In this document: positions 51,096 through 59,590 of the stretch, piece by piece
Numbering within the stretch: the first letter of the stretch is position 1
How the letters are laid out: the number at the start of each line of letters is the position of its first letter
Notes under the pieces: generated by a model
What the model was told of the DNA's origin: nothing
Database searches by the model: none
What the model saw: the letters and a program-made list of their open reading frames with translations, nothing else
From: a virus
Lineage: Duplodnaviria > Caudoviricetes
Direction: 5' to 3' (one strand)
Virus record (IMG/VR): IMGVR_UViG_3300044825_001916
Location: 1 to 63,439 of that record
DNA: 63,439 bases
Program-made: the position numbers and the translations under genes

Positions 51096-51625
51096 ACCGG
51101 GCCATCCTTAAAGACGGTCTGAGTTCCGTTGGCGATCCGTTTGATCGTGGTTGGGTTACATCCCACGATGGCCGCAAGGTCGTATGAAGATAGCCTAAGA
51201 GCCGACTTCATTTCCATGAGTTCGCTGGCCTCTTCAGCGGTGAAGAGAGCGCGTCGCTGACCAGCGTTAACCCTCATGCGATGGTAGTGATCCTGCGTGG
51301 GCGCTGTCCACAATCCGCTCTCGACGGAGTGAAGCATGTTCTGTTTTGCAGACACCCACTCAAGGTTGCTGGCAGCGTTGTTCTCTTTGTCGCCGTCTTT
51401 GTGGTTGACCTGATCGGCGCCGTCCGGTCGATTGCAGAAGCTCTCTGCCACAAGGCGATGAACCAGTCGCTGCACCTGAACGCCGTTGTGTCGGAGGGTT
51501 ACCTGCGGATACCCGTGCCCGGTGGAACCGCCCGTCATGCGACGCCGCTTGCCGTTCTTGCAGCTAACAACATAGCCGTCAGAATGGACAAGGTAGTCGG
51601 GGAAATCTCGGATATGCTTTTCCAT
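51086..51625 (-). CDS. free-standing HNH homing endonuclease with C-terminal HTH
   Basis: GYPQV.L...VHRLVAE.F...VNHKDG.K.NN...NLEWV...N..H. Confidence 0.92.
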   Translation of the reverse strand: MEKHIRDFPDYLVHSDGYVVSCKNGKRRRMTGGSTGHGYPQVTLRHNGVQVQRLVHRLVAESFCNRPDGADQVNHKDGDKENNAASNLEWVSAKQNMLHSVESGLWTAPTQDHYHRMRVNAGQRRALFTAEEASELMEMKSALRLSSYDLAAIVGCNPTTIKRIANGTQTVFKDGPVCP

Positions 51626-51807
51626 TAGGTCACAGTCCAAACGGAACCCGAACCAACCGTCACGACCACCCCGGAGGCGACCGTCACCGGCCCCGCCGTC
51701 ATGGCGTTGTAGTTGGTGGGGATCGTGTAGTTCGCCGACACGATAGTCGGGTTCACGAAGAACGTGGCCGCCACTGGCCCAACGGGCTGGTTGCCGAGAT
51801 AAATCAT
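51625..51807 (-). CDS. small fibre-connector protein
   Basis: NYTI...NAM.AGPVT...G..VTV..GS.W. Confidence 0.7.
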   Translation of the reverse strand: MIYLGNQPVGPVAATFFVNPTIVSANYTIPTNYNAMTAGPVTVASGVVVTVGSGSVWTVT

Positions 51808-51809
51808 GA

Positions 51810-52133
51810 TCAGGTGATCTCCAGGTAAGAGATCACGAGGTCAGCAGTGCCCGAGGCCGTCCGCGCCCGCACCGTGTCCGTCGGCTGCATGACGACCTTC
51901 TGATCGCCGCCCACCGCCACCAGGGAGCTGCCGATCGGGATCGGAGCGCCCGAGACGATCGCGTAGGGCGTCGTGCCGCCCTTAAGCAGCTCGACCGTCA
52001 CGCTGATGTCAGCGACGGAGGTGTTCGCCAGCGACAGACCGATGATGGTCGTCTGGGTCGCAGCCGGGCAGGTATAGGCCGTCACGTTCGACGTGGTGAC
52101 CGAAGCGCCGTTCGACTTAAAGGTGTTGGGCAT
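51810..52133 (-). CDS. small virion structural protein
   Basis: MPNTFK...Y.CPA.T.T.IIG..LAN...KVV....D...SYLEIT. Confidence 0.75.
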   Translation of the reverse strand: MPNTFKSNGASVTTSNVTAYTCPAATQTTIIGLSLANTSVADISVTVELLKGGTTPYAIVSGAPIPIGSSLVAVGGDQKVVMQPTDTVRARTASGTADLVISYLEIT

Positions 52134-52154
52134 CTGGAAGCTCCTTGTGTCAGC

Positions 52155-54614
52155 CTAACCGAGCGCAATGCTCATCGCAATTGCTGTTCCGGCGGGGTCG
52201 ACTTGAAGGTTGTTCTGCGCGCCCGCGATCGTGGTGGCACCAGTGCCGCCATTGGCGACTGCGAGCGTGCCGCCGAGGGTGAGGGTGCCAGAGCTGGTGA
52301 TCGGGCCGCCCGTGAAGGTCATGCCGGTCGTGCCGCCCGAGGCGTCAACGCTGGTGACGGTGCCGTTCGCGAGCGTGGCGATTGAGATCGAGCCGGAGCC
52401 GTTCGTGATGGCAATGCCAGCCCCGGCCGTCAGCGTCGCCAGCGTGTAGCCGGCGCCGTTGCCGATCAGAACCTGGCCATTCGTCGGGGTCGACGACAGG
52501 CCGGAGCCGCCATTCGCCACCGGCAGCGTGCCGGAGACGTGCGTCGCCAGGCCGATCTTGCCCCAGGCCGGATCCGCCCCGACGCCTCCGCTGAGCAGGG
52601 CATTGCCCGCAGCAACGTCCGAGAGCGCCGCCAGCGTGGTCGACGAGGACGCGTAGAGCAGGTCGCCCTGCGTGAAACTGCCGAGGCCCGTGCCGCCCCG
52701 AACCGCGCTCAGCGTGCCGGAGGTGACCTGGCTGGCATCAATCGCGATGGACGTGTTGCTCGCGGAGGTGATCTGGCCGCGCGCGTCGACCGCGATCGTC
52801 GGGACCGAGGAGGCGGTGCCGTAGCTCGCGGGCGTCACGCCGGTGCTGGTGATGCTGAACTGGGTGCCCGTCAGCGTCAGGCCAGCGCCGGCCGTGTAGG
52901 TGCCCGGGCCCGCGAACTGGACGAAGGTGATCGGGGTGGTGCCGATCGTGATCGGAAGCGGCGTCGTGACGACCCAGGCGGTGCCGGCGTTCTGGGTTCC
53001 GCTGCTGACAAAGACGTAGTCGCCGGGCCCCAGCTGAGAAGAGCTGTTGCCCACATCATCCATGTCGGTGGCGCGGGTGAGCACCCAATTCGTCGAGCCG
53101 GAGCCCAGGGTCGTGACGGTGTAGACCCCGTTCTCCGCGCCGGCCGTCTGGTTCTTCACCAGGATGCGAGCGCCCAAGATGGCCGTGTAGCCGTCGACCG
53201 CGAAGGCAGCCTGAGCGCCGGCGTTCGTGAGCGTCGCGCCCACGCCGCTGACGCCGTTGTTGTAGGTCGCCGTCAGGTTCGCCGTCGTAGCGGCTGCGGC
53301 GGGCGCGTGGACGTTCAGCCCCTCGACCGCAGCGTCGACATACTGCTTCGTCGCGGCGTCGAGCGGGTTGACCGGGTTCTGCGTCAGCGTGAGCGTCGTC
53401 AGGCCCGAGATCGTGGTCGCCGTACCGCCGAGGGCGATGGCCGTGCCGCCGATCGTCACGCTGCTGTTCTGCAGGTCGGCGTTCGGGATGGCGGTGACGC
53501 CGGTGAAGGCGCTGGACCCGTTGCCCTTGGCGTAGCCCGTGATGGTGGAGACGCCCGTGCCGCCTCGAGCCACCGGCAGGGTGCCGCTGGCCACAGCCGC
53601 CGCGTCGATCGCCACCGCGACGTTGGCTGCAGCCGTGAGGCGCCCCTGCGCGTCGACCGTGAAGGTGCCGACCTGGGAGGCAGAGCCGTAGCCGCCCGGC
53701 GTCACCGCCGTGTTCGCCAGCGCAATCGTGCGATCGGCCGAGAGGTTGCCGCCGCCCGTCAGGCCCGTGCCGGCGCTGACCTGGCGGGTGGCCGGGACGG
53801 CCCCAAGGTTGGAGACGGCCGTCGGCGCGTCGGTCGCGCCCGTGCCGCCCTTGGTGATCGGGACCACCGGCAGGTCGGCCGCCACCAGCGCGCGGAAGGA
53901 AGGCGCAGCGCCAGCCATGCCGGACGCTGGCCCCGCCAGCACCTGATTGGGCGACTGGAGGTTCAACGTGACGGCGAAGGTGCCGCTGGTCGTGATCGGG
54001 CTGCCAGCGACCGCAAACAGGTCGCTCGGCATGGTGAGCGCCACGAACTGAACCGTGCCGCCGGACGTGATGTCGAAGAAGCCCTTCGTGCCCGTTCCGT
54101 CGGTGCCGTAGTACTTCGACGCGCCGGGCGTCATCTGGTCGCCCTGGAGCGACAGGGTGCGGTTCACATCAAGGCGACCGCCGCCAATCAGCGAGCCCGC
54201 CGTGTCGATGCGCTGATCGTTGTTCACGCCGTCAGTGATGCCGTACCCGGCCAGCGTGGTGGGCTTGCTGCCGACGTTGGCGAAGGTGAGCGACACCTGG
54301 GAGCCGGCATCCACGCGGCCGTACTGGTCGACCGAGATCACCGGGATGAAGGACGCGCCGCCGTAGATGCCCGTTGAGCCGTAAGGCGCGAGCGAAATGG
54401 TGCGGTTCGCGGAGAGGTCGCCACCGCCCACCAGGCCGCCGCCCGTGTCGATCCGACGCGTGACCGGAACCGCAGTCGCCGCGGTCGTGCTCGCCAGGCT
54501 GGCCTGCTTCGTGACGCCGCCCTGCACCAGGATGACCGTGTCCTGGGGCGTCGGGTTCTGCGCCAGCGGGAGCTGCGTGATCCGGGTCGGGATAAGGTTG
54601 GACGGGACCGTCAT
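52155..54614 (-). CDS. long tail fibre protein
   Basis: Repeats GL.GGG.LS..RT, VD..GR, GGTG, AATKQYVD, RILVKNQ...NGVY; ends SIALG. Confidence 0.85.
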   Translation of the reverse strand: MTVPSNLIPTRITQLPLAQNPTPQDTVILVQGGVTKQASLASTTAATAVPVTRRIDTGGGLVGGGDLSANRTISLAPYGSTGIYGGASFIPVISVDQYGRVDAGSQVSLTFANVGSKPTTLAGYGITDGVNNDQRIDTAGSLIGGGRLDVNRTLSLQGDQMTPGASKYYGTDGTGTKGFFDITSGGTVQFVALTMPSDLFAVAGSPITTSGTFAVTLNLQSPNQVLAGPASGMAGAAPSFRALVAADLPVVPITKGGTGATDAPTAVSNLGAVPATRQVSAGTGLTGGGNLSADRTIALANTAVTPGGYGSASQVGTFTVDAQGRLTAAANVAVAIDAAAVASGTLPVARGGTGVSTITGYAKGNGSSAFTGVTAIPNADLQNSSVTIGGTAIALGGTATTISGLTTLTLTQNPVNPLDAATKQYVDAAVEGLNVHAPAAAATTANLTATYNNGVSGVGATLTNAGAQAAFAVDGYTAILGARILVKNQTAGAENGVYTVTTLGSGSTNWVLTRATDMDDVGNSSSQLGPGDYVFVSSGTQNAGTAWVVTTPLPITIGTTPITFVQFAGPGTYTAGAGLTLTGTQFSITSTGVTPASYGTASSVPTIAVDARGQITSASNTSIAIDASQVTSGTLSAVRGGTGLGSFTQGDLLYASSSTTLAALSDVAAGNALLSGGVGADPAWGKIGLATHVSGTLPVANGGSGLSSTPTNGQVLIGNGAGYTLATLTAGAGIAITNGSGSISIATLANGTVTSVDASGGTTGMTFTGGPITSSGTLTLGGTLAVANGGTGATTIAGAQNNLQVDPAGTAIAMSIALG

Positions 54615-54913
54615 GGAATGAGATAGCCCTCGCCGTCTTCGGTGGTGATGAAGTCGTCCCCGTCTTGCGAGATGAGGCCTGCCGGGGTGGTCGCGATCGA
54701 GACGTCCGGCCGCACGAACGGCAGCACGATGCGATCAGGCTGACGCGCCGGCAGGCGGTACGGGTCGAGAACGTCGAGATCCGCCTTGCAGACCCGCAGA
54801 CCTGGGGCGTTCGGATCTGAGTAGAGGTCGTCGAGCGACATCTTCCGCGAGCACCGGGCGCAGATCCCGATGCCCAGCGTCGATCGCCCGCGGGTGTCAA
54901 GGAAGACGCTCAT
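54611..54913 (-). CDS. small Zn-finger-like virion-cluster protein
   Basis: ICARC...DP..PGL.VC...D..DP...RPD. Confidence 0.7.
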   Translation of the reverse strand: MSVFLDTRGRSTLGIGICARCSRKMSLDDLYSDPNAPGLRVCKADLDVLDPYRLPARQPDRIVLPFVRPDVSIATTPAGLISQDGDDFITTEDGEGYLIP

Positions 54914-55965
54914 CGGGTATATGGCCGCAGGTTCGGGGCGATCTTCATCGGCGAGCTGTCGCGCTCCTCGAAGAAGCAGGTCGCCAGCGCCTCGTCCGCC
55001 AAGCCCTTCAGCGTGCCAATCATGCTCGCCTCGACCTGGGGCGTCTCGAGCGCCAGGCGATAGGCCAGCATCGCCACGAGGCCCTCATACCAGCGCTGCG
55101 GGATGTCGAGCGTCTGCGTCAGGCGGCCGACGTCCATCAGGTAGCGCCGGCGCCAGGTCACGATCTGGTTGAACTGCTGGGCGTAGCCCGGCACCGGCCA
55201 GAGCCGGATGATGGGCACCTCGCGCTGGCGATCAAGCCAGAACTGCTGCGGGCGACCCTGGAAGGTCTTGTTCGGGAAGTTGACGTAGTCGTCCTGGTTC
55301 AGCCGGGCGAGCGGGATCTCGGTCGGGTTGAAGCCGGGGTAGAACTCCGCGACGTTCAGTATCGTGCCGTTGATGGCGCGCAGGCGGTAGAAGGACATCG
55401 GGAGCGCGCCCTCGACGTCGAACCACCGAAAGACGCGGCCCTGGTAGAGGAGCGGCCCGGGCGCCAGCGCGGTCATCCAGGTGATGCCGTCGGTCGAGGT
55501 CTCCACGACGAAGTCGTAGGTGCCGGTCGCGGTCGTCGCGATGCCGTAGGTCGTGACCGCCATCTGCGACTGGCCGGCGAGCGTGATTGAGCCGTTGACC
55601 GTCGCCTGGGTGCAGGAGGTCAGCATGTCGCCATCGAAGGCGTTGTCGGCGATGCCGCTTGAAGAGCTGTAGGAGCCCTCAATCCGCTGCATGGTGCGGA
55701 TGTTCGTGTTCAGCAGGTCGACGGTGCCGACGGGCGTGTCGACGTAGGAGACGCCGTAGGTGAACGGCAGGATGGTCTTCTCGACCGTCCAGAGGGGCAG
55801 GCCCCGGTTCACGAGGTCGGACATCAGCAGGTAGAGCGCGTCGCGCGCCAGATCCTGCATCTCGGCCGTGATCGCCTGCGGCGGGAGCCGGCAGCGACGA
55901 TACGCGTGATCGACGACCTTGTTCGTGTCGAAGACCGTCGTGGATGTCGTACCGGAGACCGTCAC
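54910..55965 (-). CDS. head-tail connector with inserted discoidin-like domain
   Basis: A.RRC...NRG..LW; Y...PNK...GRP.Q.W; LWPVP; insert NAFDGD...STDG.TW...YRLR. Confidence 0.65.
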   Translation of the reverse strand: MTVSGTTSTTVFDTNKVVDHAYRRCRLPPQAITAEMQDLARDALYLLMSDLVNRGLPLWTVEKTILPFTYGVSYVDTPVGTVDLLNTNIRTMQRIEGSYSSSSGIADNAFDGDMLTSCTQATVNGSITLAGQSQMAVTTYGIATTATGTYDFVVETSTDGITWMTALAPGPLLYQGRVFRWFDVEGALPMSFYRLRAINGTILNVAEFYPGFNPTEIPLARLNQDDYVNFPNKTFQGRPQQFWLDRQREVPIIRLWPVPGYAQQFNQIVTWRRRYLMDVGRLTQTLDIPQRWYEGLVAMLAYRLALETPQVEASMIGTLKGLADEALATCFFEERDSSPMKIAPNLRPYTR

Positions 55966-56054
55966 GTCACGACCCTACCGCGAGGAACGGCCCGCAAGCC
56001 GAGCCGTTCCCACCATACACACCGAGCTGGCGAAATGCCAACTTTCGGGCCACT

Positions 56055-56357
56055 TCAGCAGCCGACCTTGCCGCCATTGGCCTTCATGGCCTTCATGACC
56101 GGGCCGCCCTTCTTCAGCCCCTTCATGGACTGCTGGGCGTCGTGCTTCTTGTCGGCGGCCGACATCTCCCACTTCTCCAGGGACATGCCGTGCTTCTTCG
56201 CCAGCTTCCTGTCCTGGGCCAGGTCTTCCTTGGAGTGTTCCCACTCCTGCGAGGAGACCTTGCCGCCGCGGGCGTAGGCCTTGACCATGGTCTTCCCAGC
56301 CGAGCCGGTGAAGCCCTTGTCGGAGGGAAACTGGAACTCGCCGTACTTGATAGCCAT
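56055..56357 (-). CDS. small basic protein with three xxGG motifs
   Basis: YARGGKV, LKKGGPV, KANGGKV; WE.S..D repeat. Confidence 0.7.
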   Translation of the reverse strand: MAIKYGEFQFPSDKGFTGSAGKTMVKAYARGGKVSSQEWEHSKEDLAQDRKLAKKHGMSLEKWEMSAADKKHDAQQSMKGLKKGGPVMKAMKANGGKVGC

Positions 56358-56358
56358 G

Positions 56359-56505
56359 TCAGCTTCCCTTCTTCCGGGTCGCCTTCTCAGCGCCCTTAAT
56401 GGTGCCCTTGTTGATCGAGGCGTAGAAGACCTGCTCGCCCTTCTTCGCCCCGTACTCTTTGCTCATGGCCGCCTTGATCTTGGCGCCCTTCTTCGTGAGT
56501 GGCAT
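56359..56505 (-). CDS. small Lys-rich protein (48 aa, [14 protein letters not shown]...), not in ORF track
   Basis: ATG 56505, TGA 56359; EYG.KKG.QVFYAS.NKG.I. Confidence 0.75.
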   Translation of the reverse strand: MPLTKKGAKIKAAMSKEYGAKKGEQVFYASINKGTIKGAEKATRKKGS

Positions 56506-56506
56506 C

Positions 56507-56743
56507 TCAGCCTTCCTTCCTCTTGCCCGAGGGCGTGACTGGCCAGCTTTCTCTGGCTGGTCCGGTCTTGCGAGAGGCGATCAAGCGCTTCTCGCCCGCA
56601 GACATGCTCTTCGCGGCCTTGGCAGGCCGGCAGGCGGGGTAGGGACGATCGCCCTTCTCGGATCCCGATCGGCCGCAGGCCTTCCCGGTCTTCACGTCCC
56701 GCCAGTTCTCGCCGAACCACTTACCCAGGCCGCCCTTGGGCAT
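56507..56743 (-). CDS. small basic protein (GLGKWFGENW...YPACRP)
   Basis: Tight gene packing; Lys/Arg-rich. Confidence 0.75.
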   Translation of the reverse strand: MPKGGLGKWFGENWRDVKTGKACGRSGSEKGDRPYPACRPAKAAKSMSAGEKRLIASRKTGPARESWPVTPSGKRKEG

Positions 56744-56744
56744 C

Positions 56745-56924
56745 TCACTTGCCCTTCACGCGGTTGTCGGGGCCTCGCCAGTTGCCGCCGGCCTTCTTGT
56801 ATTCCTTCGAGGCCCAGGCGTTCGCGTAGGCGGAGGGGTAGACGTCGAACTTGGCCTTGGCCGCCGCCTTCTTGGCGCTCCAGAGCTTCGGGTTCGTCGG
56901 CTTCGGGGATCCCGCCTTCGCCAT
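56745..56924 (-). CDS. small Lys-rich protein (MAKAGSPK...), allele B
   Basis: YPSAYANAW..KEYKK.GG.W; synonymous-only differences to 1-167. Confidence 0.8.
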   Translation of the reverse strand: MAKAGSPKPTNPKLWSAKKAAAKAKFDVYPSAYANAWASKEYKKAGGNWRGPDNRVKGK

Positions 56925-56926
56925 GG

Positions 56927-57370
56927 TCAAGACACCCCCTGACAATAAAGCGGCTCATCCGGCCTTCCGCCCCAGGCTACAGCACATTTCCCGCAAGCGC
57001 ATCGGCCGCGAAGATACATGGCCGCCAACTCCATCAGGTCGGGGTCGTCCCGGAAATGGCCAAGCCCCATGTTGCAGCGCTGACAGAGGCGCCCGCGTAC
57101 TCGGCCAGTGCGGTGGTCGTGGTCTACAACCAGATTGCCCGTGTCGCCGCAGATTACGCACTCACTCAGCGTCCGAGCAACAGCAACCATATGCTCTTGA
57201 TCTGGCCGAACGCCTTGGAGCTTCCGGTATCCCTTCCTGTACTCAGAGCGGCACGAACGGCACCAACTATCAAAGCTGTTTGCCTTTTTTTTGTGCCGAG
57301 GAAAAAACTCAAGCGTCAAGGGCTTGATTTCTTTGCAGCGTGTGCATGCCGATGTGGTTAACAATCCCAT
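56927..57370 (-). CDS. free-standing Endonuclease VII-type homing endonuclease, allele B
   Basis: CxxC..K...F; WCRSC; CVICG...VVDHDH.TG.VRG.LC..CN.GLG.F.D. Confidence 0.9.
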   Translation of the reverse strand: MGLLTTSACTRCKEIKPLTLEFFPRHKKKANSFDSWCRSCRSEYRKGYRKLQGVRPDQEHMVAVARTLSECVICGDTGNLVVDHDHRTGRVRGRLCQRCNMGLGHFRDDPDLMELAAMYLRGRCACGKCAVAWGGRPDEPLYCQGVS

Positions 57371-57621
57371 TTGCGCCTCGCTTTACTGAGGCGGCTGTTG
57401 GGATCCTTTGCCGCGTCGGGAAACATCTTCGCCTGCCCAGCAGAACGGGCGCAGAAGGACTTCCGGCGGCCGGCAGCCACCTCGCTCTTCGCCGCCTGCT
57501 TGGCGGAGACCGGCGGCTTGATGTCGTGGCCCTGAGCCCGCAGAGACGCCCGCCCCTTGGCGTTCAGGCCGCCGGTCTCGGACTGGCCCTCCTTACGCTG
57601 CCAAGCAGGCGTCTTCGGCAT
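57358..57621 (-). CDS. small basic phage protein (MPKTPAWQRKEG...RKWDC), allele B
   Basis: Homolog of 170-430 with a different C-terminal third. Confidence 0.8.
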   Translation of the reverse strand: MPKTPAWQRKEGQSETGGLNAKGRASLRAQGHDIKPPVSAKQAAKSEVAAGRRKSFCARSAGQAKMFPDAAKDPNSRLSKARRKWDC

Positions 57622-58153
57622 CCGCTTTCTCCACAACAAGTCGGCAAAGACGGACGAACTCAGCCATGGAGCTGTCAAGCTTCATCGTGTTCGCCACCCT
57701 ACAAACCAACTGAACATTACCAGCAGTGTAGCCCGCTTGGGGGTTTATTCGATCAATGCTGGCATTCGTCGGAACGACGCGCTGCCCGAGCTTTATGGTC
57801 ATCTCCAGCCCAGTCAACGCACATTTGCCGTCCTGACGAGACCAGAGAGCTTGCAAATAACTCAGAGAGACGTCGCACGCGGCTCGCTTGGCAGCCTTGG
57901 CCCGAAGGTATGACAGATACGCGCCAACACTTGAGCTTCTCTTCATGGCCGAAAATTGAAGTTTTTCAGGCCCCCAGGTTCGTTGATGATAAGAGGCCGC
58001 CTTTGCCTTAATGCAATTCTTGCACCATGAGTTATACTTCTTTCCGCCCGAAGCGTTCTTGCCGGTCGTATAATAGCAGGACAGAGGAAGAACTTCCCCG
58101 CACTTTGTGCAGGCTTTCCTCCCGCAAGGCAGAACGGTGGACGGAGGTGCCAC
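57593..58153 (-). CDS. free-standing HNH endonuclease, allele B
   Basis: CTKC..WCKNC; QDGKCALTG; SIDRI....GY..GNVQLVC..AN.MK; low GC; GTG start inferred. Confidence 0.8.
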   Translation of the reverse strand: MAPPSTVLPCGRKACTKCGEVLPLSCYYTTGKNASGGKKYNSWCKNCIKAKAASYHQRTWGPEKLQFSAMKRSSSVGAYLSYLRAKAAKRAACDVSLSYLQALWSRQDGKCALTGLEMTIKLGQRVVPTNASIDRINPQAGYTAGNVQLVCRVANTMKLDSSMAEFVRLCRLVVEKADAEDACLAA

Positions 58154-58158
58154 CGTCG

Positions 58159-58560
58159 TCAGCCGTATGTCTTGATGGCTTCGATGACCACCGTGTAGCC
58201 GTCCCCGACAGACGCGTCGTTGGTGGTGAAGGTGACCGTGCCAGTGGGCGTCACCGCGTTGTTCGTCAGGCCGCCAAAAGACGAGAAATCGTGCTCGTAG
58301 GACATATTCTGAGGCAGCAGGAAGGCGTATCCCGGCGTCGCACCCCCAAAACGGATCAGCACCTCCAGGCCGTGCGTGCCGAACCAGATCTTGTTGATCT
58401 TCACGCCCGTGCAGGCCTGGCCGGCGGCGTTCCGGGACAGGTTGGCCGGGATGATCTTCGGCACGTTGGTCTCGCCCGTGCCGTCGGACAGGTTCGTGAA
58501 CTTCTGGATGACGAGGCGTTCGCCATCGAGGATCGTCTGCGTCGAAACAGTATCGGGCAT
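58159..58560 (-). CDS. small beta-rich virion protein, allele B
   Basis: D.V.TQT..DG.R....KFTN.SDGTGE...DFS.FGG...G...FTT. Confidence 0.7.
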   Translation of the reverse strand: MPDTVSTQTILDGERLVIQKFTNLSDGTGETNVPKIIPANLSRNAAGQACTGVKINKIWFGTHGLEVLIRFGGATPGYAFLLPQNMSYEHDFSSFGGLTNNAVTPTGTVTFTTNDASVGDGYTVVIEAIKTYG

Positions 58561-58629
58561 GCGTGCGCCTCAACGGCCGGAGGGTGGAGTATTCCCGGCA
58601 CTCTACCGCAGGCGTGCGGCAGCCGGAAG

Positions 58630-58656
58630 GAGAAATGGGGGGCCGAAGCCCCCCAT
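58630..58656 (-). terminator. intrinsic terminator after capsid gene (allele B only)
   Basis: ATGGGGGGC-TTCG-GCCCCCCAT-TTCTCCTT on - strand. Confidence 0.65.
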
Positions 58657-58661
58657 TCCAA

Positions 58662-59576
58662 TCAGACGCCCGGAGTACCGAACACCGTGCGCGGGTCGGT
58701 CCAACCGAACGCGTAACGCTCGGTGGCCTTGTAGCGCATGCTGTCGGTCTCGAAGTCGCCTTCCATGCTCTTCTCAAGCGAGCGGCGCATCAGCAGCTTC
58801 AGGCCTTCCGGCGCGTCCGTCTGCACCCACCAGGCGGTGGTGGAGGTCAGACGCGACAGGTTGGCCTGGCCGCCGGACAGCAGCCCCATGGAGTTCACGG
58901 GGTTGATGTCGTTGAAGTTCGTGCCGGCACGCAGCACGCTCTTCAGCAGCACTTCCGCCTGGAAGACGTTCGACGGCGACACCACCAGCTTCGTCGGCTG
59001 AAGCCGGATGCGCTTGCCGTTGTTGTCGACGGCGTTGCGGATCTGGACCAGCAGCTGCTCGAGCGACGTCTGCGAGAGGTTCGCAGCGGTCGTGAGCTGG
59101 TTGCTGAACGTGCCGTTCACGATCGGGTGCGCGTTGGACACCAGCGACACGCCGTCGCCGCCAACGAACGCGCCGTTGAACGCGCGGTTCAGGATGTTCG
59201 CGCCCAGCGTTTCCTTGGTCTCGATCAGCGACTGAGCAAGGTGGCGGGCATAGGTCTGCCCGATCTTGATGTGGTCGCCGTCTTCGACCAGCACCTTCGT
59301 CAGCGCGAAGGCGAGGCCGTAGACCTTGTAGAGGTAGCGCTGGATGAACAGCACACCGCCCGACTGGTAGGTGACCGGGGTGCCGTCCGGCAGCTCAGGA
59401 GCCGCGCCGAAGCCGTACAGGACCGGCTCTTCATGGTAGTTGCGCGGCGTGCCGCGGCTCTCCTTGAAGACCTGCTTGTACTCATCAGCGCGCTGCTCGT
59501 AGATGCCATCGAACTCTTCCGAGATGATGGGCTCAACGATCGACCGAAACTGGGTCGAGTTCATCGGCATTGCCAT
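58662..59576 (-). CDS. major capsid protein (second copy)
   Basis: Identical protein to 2867-3781. Confidence 0.85.
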   Translation of the reverse strand: MAMPMNSTQFRSIVEPIISEEFDGIYEQRADEYKQVFKESRGTPRNYHEEPVLYGFGAAPELPDGTPVTYQSGGVLFIQRYLYKVYGLAFALTKVLVEDGDHIKIGQTYARHLAQSLIETKETLGANILNRAFNGAFVGGDGVSLVSNAHPIVNGTFSNQLTTAANLSQTSLEQLLVQIRNAVDNNGKRIRLQPTKLVVSPSNVFQAEVLLKSVLRAGTNFNDINPVNSMGLLSGGQANLSRLTSTTAWWVQTDAPEGLKLLMRRSLEKSMEGDFETDSMRYKATERYAFGWTDPRTVFGTPGV

Positions 59577-59590
59577 GGCTCAGGCCCTCC

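Noticed and set aside
51086-51625. HNH genes as group I intron ORFs
   Set aside because: They abut or overlap intact neighbours, leaving no room for a ribozyme core.
57593-58777. 394-aa ORF as a single gene
   Set aside because: The N-terminal half is an alternative frame over the 133-aa gene and capsid 3' end; only about 57593-58153 looks like an HNH gene.
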